Assembly (NCBI GenBank): GCA_041496545.1
Contig: JBGQET010000003.1
Coordinates: 21,208 to 85,207, forward strand
Direction of reading: 5' to 3'
DNA: 64,000 bases
DNA from: Candidatus Binatia bacterium
Lineage (GTDB): Bacteria; Desulfobacterota; Binatia; DP-6
The notes under the pieces are model-generated. The model did not search any database. It worked only from the letters and a program-made list of their open reading frames with translations, and was not told where the DNA came from. The position numbers were made by a program, and so were the translations under genes. Positions within the stretch are counted from its first letter, which is position 1. Each line of letters begins with the position of its first letter. Below are positions 46,728 through 55,377 of this stretch, one piece after another.

Positions 46728-47576
46728 CTAGTGCACGACCTGCCGCATGACACCGGCGCAGCGGTCGAGGAGCGACAGTATCTTCTCCGCCGGCGCCGAC
46801 GGCAGCGCGAAGATGGCGCGCGTCACCCCGGCGTCGCCGAGCCGGCCGATGGCGTCGGGATCGAGCGGCACGCCGTACACCGAGACGGAGAACGCGTTCG
46901 GGTCCCGTCCCTTCTCCTTCGCCAGACGCCGCAGCTCCACGATTCCCGCCCCCAGGTCGCCGGCGCGGACGCCGATCGGCAGCCAGCCGTCCGCGTAGTC
47001 GACGACGCGCGCCAGCGCCTTCGGCCCGTGACCGCCGAGGAGGACGGGTGGGTGCGGCCGCTGCGCCGGCTTCGGCCACGACCACAGCGGCGGGAAGCGC
47101 ACCAGCTCACCCTCGAACGAGGCCTCGTCCTCGGTCCATATCTTCTTCATGGCGAGCACGCGCTCGCGCAAGAGCTTCCAGCGCGTCTTGAAGCTCGTGC
47201 CGTGGTCTTCCATCTCCTCGGCGTTCCAGCCGCCGCCGATGCCGAACAGGAAGCGGCCGCCGGACAGGAAGTCGAGGCTCGCGACCTCCTTCGCGGTGGT
47301 GATGGGGTCGCGCTCGACGAGGAGGCAGATGCCGGTGCCGAGCTTCAAGCGCGTCGTCACCGCGGCCGCGACCGCGAGCGCGACGAACGGGTCGTGCGTG
47401 TGCCAGTACTCCTTCGGCAGCTCGGGCCCCCCCGGCCAGGGGCTCCGCCGCGAGACCGGGATGTGCGTGTGCTCGGGCAGCCAGAGCGACTCGAAGCCGC
47501 GCTCCTCGGCCGCACGCGCGAGGTCGCCCACGGGCATCGCGTAGTCGGTGGCGAACATGGTGACGCCGAAGTCCAT
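46728..47576 (-). CDS. LLM-class (luciferase-like) oxidoreductase, likely F420-dependent subfamily
   Basis: MDFGVTMFATDYAMPVGDLARAAEERGFESLWLPEHTHIP matches the N-terminal signature of the F420-dependent LLM (Rv2161c-like) subfamily. Confidence 0.85.
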   Translation of the reverse strand: MDFGVTMFATDYAMPVGDLARAAEERGFESLWLPEHTHIPVSRRSPWPGGPELPKEYWHTHDPFVALAVAAAVTTRLKLGTGICLLVERDPITTAKEVASLDFLSGGRFLFGIGGGWNAEEMEDHGTSFKTRWKLLRERVLAMKKIWTEDEASFEGELVRFPPLWSWPKPAQRPHPPVLLGGHGPKALARVVDYADGWLPIGVRAGDLGAGIVELRRLAKEKGRDPNAFSVSVYGVPLDPDAIGRLGDAGVTRAIFALPSAPAEKILSLLDRCAGVMRQVVH

Positions 47577-47660
47577 GCCGTCTGGCTACGACGGGCCCCC
47601 CGCGCGGTCAAGGGGATACGGATGCTCGCCACCCACCGCGGACGGGTGTAAGCCACCGCC

Positions 47661-49178
47661 ATGACCAACCGCGACGTCGACGCGGCGCGCGCCTACCACG
47701 ACGCCACCAAGCATTCGTACGCGAGCGTCTACGGGCAGCGCCACCAGCTCGACTGGGACGTCATGCCGCGGCCGTTCAAGGTCTACCCCGACCTGCCCGC
47801 GCTGCCCCTGCCGCGCGACTTCACGACCTCGACCCGCCCCGTGCTCGCCGCGCTCGCCGATCCCGGCGCGGCGGCGGCGCCCGGCCCCGCGCTCGATCGC
47901 ACCGCGCTCGCCCGCCTCCTCTTCTTCAGCGCCGGCATCCTGCGCAAGCGAACGCACGCGGGCGGCGAGACCTACTTCCGCGCCGCGGCGTGCACGGGGG
48001 CGCTCTACCACATCGACCTCTACCTCGTGTCCGGGCCGCTCGCCGACCTCGAGGCCGGCGTCCATCACTTCGGCCCCCACGACTTCGCGCTCCGCCGTCT
48101 CCGCGCCGGCGACCATCGCGCCGCCGTCGTGGCCGCGACCGCCGGCGAGCCGGCCGTCGCGGCGGCGCCGGCGCTGCTGGTCCTCACCACGACCTTCTGG
48201 CGGAACGCGTGGAAGTACCGCGCGCGCGCCTACCGGCACGCGTTCTGGGACGCGGGGACGCTGCTCGCCAACCTGCTCGCGCTCGCGGCCGCGTGCGAGC
48301 TGCCGGCGCGCGTCGTGCTCGGCTTCGTCGACGAAGCGCTCGACGCCCTCCTCGACCTCGACGTCGCGCGCGAGGTGACGATCGCCGTCGTCCAGCTCGG
48401 CGGCGGCGGCGCGCCACCGCCGCCCGCGCCGTCCGCCCCGGCGCTCGGCCTCGCCACCCTGCCCCCGTCGGAGCGCGAGGTCGACCATCCGGAGATCCGT
48501 CGCGCCCACCTGGCCTCCTCGCTCGCCACGGCGGCCGAGGTCGCCGCCTGGCGCGGCGCGCCGCCGGAGCGTCCCGTCGCCGCGAGCGCGGGCCCGCGCG
48601 TCGCGCTCGCGCCGCTGCCCGACGGCGCGGTACGCGAGCCCATCGAGGCGGTCGTCCTCCGGCGCGGCTCGACGCGGCAGTTCGCCGCGGCGTCGATCGG
48701 GCTCGACCAGCTCTCGACGATCCTGTGGTGCGCGACGCGCGGCGTACCCTCCGACGTCGGCGACACGCGCCTCACCGCCGTCTACGTCGTGGCCCACGCC
48801 ATAGGCGGGCTGGCGCCCGGCGCGTACGCCTACGACCCGCAGGCGGGCGCCCTCGAGTGCCTGCGCGCCGGGACCTTCCGGCGCGACGCCGGCCAGCTCG
48901 CGCTCGGGCAGGCCCTCGCCGCCGACGCCGCGGTCGATGTCTTCTGGCTCGCGGACCTGGCGCCCGCCCTCGCCCGCTTCGGCAACCGCGGTTACCGCGC
49001 CGCCCAGCTCGAGGCGGCGATCGAGGGCGGCAAGACCTACCTCGGCGCCTACGCCTTCCGGCTCGGCGCCACCGGCCTCACCTTCTTCGACGACGACGTG
49101 ACGGCCTTCTTCTCGCCCCACGCCGCCGGGAAGAGCGTGATGTTCCTGATGGCGGTCGGCCGACCGGGCCGCGGTTGA
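47661..49178 (+). CDS. SagB/ThcOx-type dehydrogenase (double nitroreductase-fold protein)
   Basis: N-terminal AYHDATKHSY motif. Two nitroreductase-like halves, 505 aa. No YcaO or precursor nearby. Confidence 0.75.
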   Translation: MTNRDVDAARAYHDATKHSYASVYGQRHQLDWDVMPRPFKVYPDLPALPLPRDFTTSTRPVLAALADPGAAAAPGPALDRTALARLLFFSAGILRKRTHAGGETYFRAAACTGALYHIDLYLVSGPLADLEAGVHHFGPHDFALRRLRAGDHRAAVVAATAGEPAVAAAPALLVLTTTFWRNAWKYRARAYRHAFWDAGTLLANLLALAAACELPARVVLGFVDEALDALLDLDVAREVTIAVVQLGGGGAPPPPAPSAPALGLATLPPSEREVDHPEIRRAHLASSLATAAEVAAWRGAPPERPVAASAGPRVALAPLPDGAVREPIEAVVLRRGSTRQFAAASIGLDQLSTILWCATRGVPSDVGDTRLTAVYVVAHAIGGLAPGAYAYDPQAGALECLRAGTFRRDAGQLALGQALAADAAVDVFWLADLAPALARFGNRGYRAAQLEAAIEGGKTYLGAYAFRLGATGLTFFDDDVTAFFSPHAAGKSVMFLMAVGRPGRG

Positions 49179-49179
49179 C

Positions 49180-49842
49180 TCAGCGTGCGTGCGCGCGCCG
49201 GCGACCCCAGGCGTCCCAGTGCACGCGGTCGGCCGCCGGCAGGCGCTTCGCCGGCTTGAAGTCCGTGCCGGTGAAGTACGCGACCGGCAGGAGCGCCACC
49301 TGGGTCACCGTCTCCGGTACCCCGAGCAGCTTCGCGGCTTCGGCCTCGTGCATGAGATGGAGCGTCGTCCACGCCGAGCCCACGCCGCGCGCGCGGAGCG
49401 CCAGCATGAGCGACCACACCGCGGGCAGGATCGAGCCGTACACCGACGCCTGCATCACGACCGGTCCGTGCTCCACCCGGCCCTCGATGCAGGGCACGAC
49501 GTGCACCGGTACCTCGTGGAGGTGGTCGGCGAGGTAGGTGGCCGAGTCGATGACCCGCGGCATCTGCCGGGTGCGGAGGTCGCCCTCCGGCAGGCTGCCG
49601 GCCGTGTTCATCTCGCGATAGGTGGCGAAGGCGCGGCGGTAGAGGTCGGCGAGCCCGCGCCGCTTGGCGGCGTCGGTGACGATCACCCAGTGCCACCCCT
49701 GCATGTTCGTCCCGGTCGGCGCCTGCATGGCGATCTCGAGGCAGCGCTCGAGCACGGCCGGCTCGACGGGCCGCCGGAGGTCGAGGCGCTTGCGGACGGA
49801 GCGGGTGGTGGTGAGGAGCCGGTCGACGGTGGTCAGGTCCAT
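49180..49842 (-). CDS. nitroreductase family protein
   Basis: Classic nitroreductase N-terminus (TTRSVRKRLDLRRPVEPAVLERCLEIAMQAPTG.N.Q.W). Start at MDLTTVDRLL. Confidence 0.8.
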   Translation of the reverse strand: MDLTTVDRLLTTTRSVRKRLDLRRPVEPAVLERCLEIAMQAPTGTNMQGWHWVIVTDAAKRRGLADLYRRAFATYREMNTAGSLPEGDLRTRQMPRVIDSATYLADHLHEVPVHVVPCIEGRVEHGPVVMQASVYGSILPAVWSLMLALRARGVGSAWTTLHLMHEAEAAKLLGVPETVTQVALLPVAYFTGTDFKPAKRLPAADRVHWDAWGRRRAHAR

Positions 49843-49959
49843 GCGGCCGGCATAATCCCGGCCGGGGACCCGACGCAACGGTGGTGGGCTACGGTGGGGG
49901 GCTTCTGAAGAGCAGGCGGCGGCGCGCCCCGGACCGACGGGCGGCCGCCGCCTGCGAGG

Positions 49960-51492
49960 TCAGTTGCAGGACTTGGTGCAATCCCGGAACGTCATCGTCG
50001 CCTTCCGGGTGGCGCGTCGCGGGTTGTGGGTGCGATGGAGGAGCGCCGCCAGGCGATCCGCCGCCGACGTCTCGCACTGCTCCCCGCAGGTGGCGGGCGG
50101 CGCGGTGCCGCAGTCGGCCATGCACTTGTCGAGGGCGCCCTGGGCGAGCGCCGTGCACTGCTCGGGGTCGGTCCCCGCGTCCACGCAATCCTTCCGCATG
50201 GTCTCGGCGTCCTGCTCGCATTTGGTGGCGCAGGTGTCCGGCGGTGGCGGCTGGCAGTTCATGTCACGGCAGCGCTGCGTCACCGCGTCGCCCTTCGCCG
50301 TGCAGACCGCCTCGGTGCCGCCGCGCCGCATGCAACGACGCTTCGCGCGCGCGCCCTTGGCGGCACACTTGTCTTCGCACGTCGCCGTGCCGTCGCAGTG
50401 GATCGTCATGCACGTCTTGAAGTCGTCCTGGCTGGCCGCCGTGCAGTCGGCTTCGCTCGTGCCGCCGGCGAGGCAGCGAAGGAACTCGTGGTGAGCGTGG
50501 CTCTCGCAGCGCTCGGGGCAGGTCGGCGCCGGCGGCTCCTGGTCGCCGCAGTTGTCGTCGATGCAATGCCGGGCCGTGTCGGACGCCCGCGCCTTGCACT
50601 CGTCCTCCGTCACGCCCGACGCGACGCACGCGGCGATCCCGTCCTTGGCCGCGGCGATGCAGCGGTCCGCGCAGCTCGGGTCGGCCGTGTTGCAGCCGGC
50701 AACGCAGGCGTCCATCGCCTGCTTGGCCTGCGGGGTGCACTGTTCCGGCGTGCCGCCGCCAGCGACGCATGCCTGGAAGGCATGCTCGCCCGTCTCGTGA
50801 CACTTCTCCTCGCAGGTCGGGGCCGGCTCCGTGCAGTGCTCGGCGACGCAACGCTGGTCGAGCTGGGTGCCCAGCGCCGCGCAGAGGTCGCTCGGATGGT
50901 TCTCGGCGACGCAGTGGTCGGTCGCCGTCTTGGCCCAGCTCGCGCAACGCTCCTCGCAGGTGGGCTCGGGCGTCTGCTGGCAGTGCTCGGCGACGCACTC
51001 CTTCACGGCGTCGTCGACCTTGGCCTGGCACTCCGCCTCGGTGTGGCCCTCGGCGATGCAGTGGACGAAGACGAGCCGGCCGTAGTTCGTGCAGCGGGTC
51101 GGGCAGTCGAGCTGGCTGTCGGGCCGGCAGAGCGTCTGGGTGCAGAGATCCAGCGTCGCCGCCCGCACCGCGGTACAAGCGTCGGCGGTATTCCCGTTCG
51201 CGAGGCACTCGGCCTTCGCCTCGTCGGCGATGGAGCCGCAGCGGTCGTCGCAGGTGGGCTCGGGCTTGCTCTGGCAGTTCGCCGCGACGCACTGGTCGAA
51301 GACCGCCTTCGCCTGTCCGTAGCACTCGGTCCCGTTCTGCGCCTGGCAGGACTGGTATGTGGCCTGCGCCTGCGCGCCGCACTGCTGGACGCAGGGCGAG
51401 GCATTGGTGCCACCGCCGCCTTCCGCGAGCGAGGACGCCGCCGAGAGCAACAGAACGACAGCGGACGTGAGCAGCAGACGAGCGACGCGCAT
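49960..51492 (-). CDS. secreted cysteine-rich repeat protein (nine ~48-aa six-cysteine repeats)
   Basis: GGGAGG RBS. Signal peptide MRVARLLLTSAVVLLLSAASSLA. Nine tandem units of P.PTC...C......C.......C........C...C. The ORF-track 27-aa N-extension is ignored. Confidence 0.75.
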   Translation of the reverse strand: MRVARLLLTSAVVLLLSAASSLAEGGGGTNASPCVQQCGAQAQATYQSCQAQNGTECYGQAKAVFDQCVAANCQSKPEPTCDDRCGSIADEAKAECLANGNTADACTAVRAATLDLCTQTLCRPDSQLDCPTRCTNYGRLVFVHCIAEGHTEAECQAKVDDAVKECVAEHCQQTPEPTCEERCASWAKTATDHCVAENHPSDLCAALGTQLDQRCVAEHCTEPAPTCEEKCHETGEHAFQACVAGGGTPEQCTPQAKQAMDACVAGCNTADPSCADRCIAAAKDGIAACVASGVTEDECKARASDTARHCIDDNCGDQEPPAPTCPERCESHAHHEFLRCLAGGTSEADCTAASQDDFKTCMTIHCDGTATCEDKCAAKGARAKRRCMRRGGTEAVCTAKGDAVTQRCRDMNCQPPPPDTCATKCEQDAETMRKDCVDAGTDPEQCTALAQGALDKCMADCGTAPPATCGEQCETSAADRLAALLHRTHNPRRATRKATMTFRDCTKSCN

Positions 51493-51678
51493 GGGACCTC
51501 CCTGGGGTTTGTGGACGGAGGCCGGGAGGAGCAACCGCCATGCCGGTGACGCCGGACGGGCAAAGCCGAACAAACTCGCGCGGCGCGGAGGCTCCGCCCC
51601 GCGTTCGCCACGGCGGACTGCGCGAGCTTCGCCGCACGTACGGGTGACGACCGTCAGCCGGGCGGCGCCCGGCGTGCG

Positions 51679-52572
51679 CTATGCAGCCGCGAGCAGCGCG
51701 GCGCCGAGCACCCCGGCGGAGTCGCCCAGCTGGTTGGGGACGATCGGCGTGCGCAGCTCGTCGTTGAAGACGTGGCGAGCGACTGCGTCGCGGCCGGCCG
51801 CGTAGAGCGCGGCGATGTTGGAGAGCCCACCGCCGAGCACGATCACGTCCGGGTCGAGGATGTTGACGACGTTGGCGAGCGCACGCCCGAAGCGGTCGAG
51901 CCAGGCCGCGAGGACCGCCGCCGCCGGCTCCTCGCCGGCCGCGGCGGCCGCCGCGACGGCGGCCGCTCCGCACGGCGGGCCGCCGGCGGCGCGATGCGCC
52001 GCTTCGAGCGCCGGACCCGCGAGGAACGTCTCCACGCAGCCGCGCTGTCCGCAGTAGCAGGGCGGTCCCGCGGGATCGATCGCGTGATGACCCCACTCGC
52101 CGGCGAGATGCTGCGGTCCGGTCCACAGCCGCCCGCGGTGCACGATGCCGCCCCCCACCCCGGTCCCCAGGATGACGCCGAACACGACCTCGTGCCCGCG
52201 GCCCGCGCCGCCCCGCGCCTCGGCGAGCGCGAAGCAGTTGGCGTCGTTCTCGAGGCGGACCTCGAGGCCGAGACGCGTGGCGAGGTCGCGCGCGAGGGGA
52301 CGTCCGTTGAGGCAGGTCGTGTTCGAGTTCTTGAGCGTGCCGTCGCGCCGCGAGAGCGACCCCGGCGTGCCGATGCCGACCGCGCGGCAGCCGGGCACGT
52401 GCGGCCGGAGCGCGTCCACCACCTCCGCGACGCGCTCCAGGATGTGGTCGTAGCCGCGCTCGCGCTCGGTGGCGACGCGGAGGCGCTCCCGCGGCACGCC
52501 GTCGGGGCCGAGCACCACGCCCTCGATCTTCGTCCCGCCCAGGTCGACGCCGAGCGCCGGGCCGCCCGCCAT
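51679..52572 (-). CDS. ROK family protein (sugar kinase, glucokinase/NagK-like)
   Basis: LGVDLGGTKIE N-terminal motif. ROK signature with the Zn-binding CxCGxxGC (CYCGQRGC). GGGGAGGGG RBS. The upstream part of the ORF-track frame is an artefact. Confidence 0.85.
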   Translation of the reverse strand: MAGGPALGVDLGGTKIEGVVLGPDGVPRERLRVATERERGYDHILERVAEVVDALRPHVPGCRAVGIGTPGSLSRRDGTLKNSNTTCLNGRPLARDLATRLGLEVRLENDANCFALAEARGGAGRGHEVVFGVILGTGVGGGIVHRGRLWTGPQHLAGEWGHHAIDPAGPPCYCGQRGCVETFLAGPALEAAHRAAGGPPCGAAAVAAAAAAGEEPAAAVLAAWLDRFGRALANVVNILDPDVIVLGGGLSNIAALYAAGRDAVARHVFNDELRTPIVPNQLGDSAGVLGAALLAAA

Positions 52573-52617
52573 CCCCTCCCCTTGCCACAGGGCCGGCTCC
52601 GGAGCGAGAACGGCGCC

Positions 52618-53784
52618 ATGCCGTACGCCGAAGGGCGCGTCTTCCACGACGCCGACTCCCACGTGATGGAGACGCCGGAGTGGCTCTTCCCCTACGCCGA
52701 CCCGGCCGTCCGCGAGCGCCTCCGCCCGCTCGTCCTGACCGGCGTCAAGCCGGGCGAGGAGCGCTTCATCGAGGACATCCGCCTTCGTCTGGCCGATCCC
52801 GCGGACCGGCCCGAAGCCGAGCGCGAGCTGATGATCCGGAAGAACTGGGCGGCGATGGGCTCCTTCGTGCGCGAGGACCGGTCGCGCGCGCTCGACCTGC
52901 TCGGCTTCGCGAGCCAGCTCGTGTTCAACACCTTCATGAACGCCAAGCTGGTCGAGGCAGAGCACACGGGCGACGCCGACTGGGTGTACGGCCTGGCGCG
53001 CGCCCACAACCGCGCCATGGTCGACTTCTGCTCCGTCGACCGCCGGCTCCTCGCCGTCGGCTACGTGCCGCTCGTCGACTTCGCCCGCGCGCGGGCCATG
53101 GCCGAGGAGGCGATCGCGATGGGCGCCAAGGCGCTGCTCGTCGCCTCCGCCTGCCCCGCAGGGCACTCGCCGAGCCACGTCGGGCTCTTCCCGGTGTGGG
53201 AGGTCGCACAGGAAGCCGAGCGCCCGATCGTCTTCCACGTCGGAGGCGGCGGCCGTCTCCTCGACCCGACGTACTTCGCGAACGGCCTCCCGCTCGTCAC
53301 CGACTTCCACGGCGGCGCCGAGAACTTCCGCTCCGTGGACTACATGGCCATCCCCGGCCCGCCCATGCAGACGCTCGCCACGCTCATCATCGACGGCGTG
53401 CTCGAGCGCTTCCCGCGCTTGAAGCTCGGCGTCATCGAGCAGGGCGCGGTGTGGGTGCCGAGCTGGATGCGGCAGCTCGACGCCGCGCACGAGGCGTTCG
53501 CCAAGTCCGAGGAGCGGCTGCGGCGCCTCTCGCTCCGGCCGAGCGAGTACGTCCGCCGTCAGGTCCGCGTCACGCCCTACCCCACCGAGCCGGTGGGCTG
53601 GATCGTCGAGCAGGCGGGCGAGGAGATCTGTCTCTTCTCCTCCGACTATCCGCACGTCGAGGGCGGCCGGAACCCGCTCAAGCGCTTCGCCGACGGCCTG
53701 GTGGGCCTCGGCGAGCGAGCGCTCCAGCGCTTCTACTGCGACAACTTCGTCGACCTGATGGGCCCGGCCCTCACCGCCGCCTGA
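52618..53784 (+). CDS. amidohydrolase family protein (amidohydrolase-2/ACMSD-like metal-dependent TIM-barrel hydrolase)
   Basis: DADSHV N-terminal metal-ligand motif, FHVGGGG, and a C-terminal DYPH motif. Real from the ATG at 52618. Confidence 0.8.
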   Translation: MPYAEGRVFHDADSHVMETPEWLFPYADPAVRERLRPLVLTGVKPGEERFIEDIRLRLADPADRPEAERELMIRKNWAAMGSFVREDRSRALDLLGFASQLVFNTFMNAKLVEAEHTGDADWVYGLARAHNRAMVDFCSVDRRLLAVGYVPLVDFARARAMAEEAIAMGAKALLVASACPAGHSPSHVGLFPVWEVAQEAERPIVFHVGGGGRLLDPTYFANGLPLVTDFHGGAENFRSVDYMAIPGPPMQTLATLIIDGVLERFPRLKLGVIEQGAVWVPSWMRQLDAAHEAFAKSEERLRRLSLRPSEYVRRQVRVTPYPTEPVGWIVEQAGEEICLFSSDYPHVEGGRNPLKRFADGLVGLGERALQRFYCDNFVDLMGPALTAA

Positions 53785-53903
53785 CCCCGCCCCGCCGGGC
53801 GTCCGCCTACGGCTTCGCCTCCGCGCTCACCGCGCAGGTCGCGCCGCAGGCGGCGGAGCCCCATGCGCGGCCGGACTAGCCGGCCGGCCGGCGGCGCGTC
53901 AAG

Positions 53904-54884
53904 TCAGTTCGCGTGGACGGTGGTGGCGGCGATCCCGCCCTTCTGCACGCAGGTCATGTCCTCCTGCGGGGATCCGGTCGGGTAGTAGAACAGGAACAGG
54001 TTGCAGTGCTCGTTCACGTCGGTGAAGGGGCCGAACTTGAACGTCGTGTCGGTCGGGTTCTGATAGTCGCACGTCCACTGGACGCCCTGGATCTGCGGCG
54101 AGTTCTGTTCGTTGAAGCGGATGAAGGCCGGGTCCAGGTAGCCGTCCTGGTTGTAGAGCAGCTCCGTCGCGTGATCCTCGTAGCCGTCCCACGTGCTGGC
54201 CGTGAGCTTGACGCCGCGGTAGTGGTAGTGCCCGGTGATGGCGAGCAGGTTCACGGGCTTCGGGAAGATGCACTTGGTGGTCGCGGTCGCGAAGCCGGGC
54301 GGCACCACGACGTCGCGGTCCTGACCGAAGAACGCCCCGACGTACGACGTCACCTTCTTCGGCGGCATCGAGTAGAGGTCGAAGATGGCGAAGCCCTGCC
54401 CCGTCGGCGTGGTGAGGAGTCCCGAGTCGACGAAGTGGGTCTGCGCCACGAGCTGCTCGCCCTTGGTGAAGTGGAAGGCGAGCCCGGGGGGGAGCTTCCA
54501 GTCGAGGTAGAGGCTCTGGCTGGCGAGGACGAGCTGCCAGACCGAGAAGTCGAGCGCCATGTTGCAGGGCTCGGCGTGGTCGGCGACCGTCATGGTCGGG
54601 TCCTGCGCCCGATAGAGATGCACGTGGTGACTGCCCCCGCTCACCTTGATGCGGACCCGGTTGACGGCGAGGTCCTTCTTCCCGGGCAGCTTCATGTAGG
54701 TGCACTGGGTGACCTCTTTGCTCCGCTCGACCGTGACCGGACCGACGTCGATCTGCTGCCCGGGCTTGGGGGGCCGCTGCATGTGCGGCTTCCTGAGGTG
54801 GCTCGCGTGGAGAGGGGAGACGCTCGCACATGCTACGGCGAGTGCGGTGAGCCAAAGGCGGGGCCGGAGGCGGGGCAAAGTCAT
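53904..54884 (-). CDS. secreted hypothetical protein (His-rich; possible copper monooxygenase-like fold)
   Basis: Signal peptide MTLPRLRPRLWLTALAVACASVS. HHVH, HxH (GHYHY) and Met/Cys motifs vaguely reminiscent of the PHM/DBH copper sites. No confident family. Confidence 0.7.
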   Translation of the reverse strand: MTLPRLRPRLWLTALAVACASVSPLHASHLRKPHMQRPPKPGQQIDVGPVTVERSKEVTQCTYMKLPGKKDLAVNRVRIKVSGGSHHVHLYRAQDPTMTVADHAEPCNMALDFSVWQLVLASQSLYLDWKLPPGLAFHFTKGEQLVAQTHFVDSGLLTTPTGQGFAIFDLYSMPPKKVTSYVGAFFGQDRDVVVPPGFATATTKCIFPKPVNLLAITGHYHYRGVKLTASTWDGYEDHATELLYNQDGYLDPAFIRFNEQNSPQIQGVQWTCDYQNPTDTTFKFGPFTDVNEHCNLFLFYYPTGSPQEDMTCVQKGGIAATTVHAN

Positions 54885-54966
54885 ACGCGTTGCGATTACG
54901 CCCGGCGCAGGGTCTCGTCAACACCAAAGGCCGCGAACATCGGCACGGCGGGCGCCGCCACGCCCG

Positions 54967-55377
54967 CTACGCGGGACGCCACTGCGGCACCAGATCGCCG
55001 TCCGGCGAGGGTGCGAAATCCACCACCATCGGCATGTCCATGCGGAGATCGTCCGCGCGCGCGCCGAGCACACCGCCCATCGTACGCACGCCCTCCTCGC
55101 ACTCGACGAGCACGACGGGGAACGGCACGCGGTCCTTCCACGCCGGCAGCACCGGGGGGTGGACCACCACCCACGACACCAGCCGCGCCCGCCCGCTCGC
55201 CCGCTCCCAGTCGCTCTCCAGCGAGAGACAACGCGGGCACATCGGGCCCGGCGGGTGCCGCCACGCCCGGCAGGCGCGGCAGCGCTGGAAGCGCAGCTCG
55301 CGCGCGCGCGCTGCCGCCCAGTACGGGACCCACGGTTCGCCGCCGGTGCGGCGCTCGAACTCTTCACCCACCGTCAA
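54967..55377 (-). CDS. Zn-ribbon OB-fold protein (DUF35 family)
   Basis: CxxC...CxxC rubredoxin-like Zn ribbon (CRAC...CPRC) followed by an OB fold. Overlaps the start of the thiolase-like gene by 4 nt, the classic DUF35-Ltp arrangement. Confidence 0.85.
   Translation of the reverse strand: MTVGEEFERRTGGEPWVPYWAAARARELRFQRCRACRAWRHPPGPMCPRCLSLESDWERASGRARLVSWVVVHPPVLPAWKDRVPFPVVLVECEEGVRTMGGVLGARADDLRMDMPMVVDFAPSPDGDLVPQWRPA

Noticed and set aside
47661-51492. TOMM/RiPP biosynthetic cluster (SagB-type dehydrogenase next to a Cys-rich protein)
   Set aside because: There is no YcaO cyclodehydratase, no short precursor peptide and no protease or transporter set. The Cys-rich gene is a 510-aa secreted repeat protein, not a precursor.
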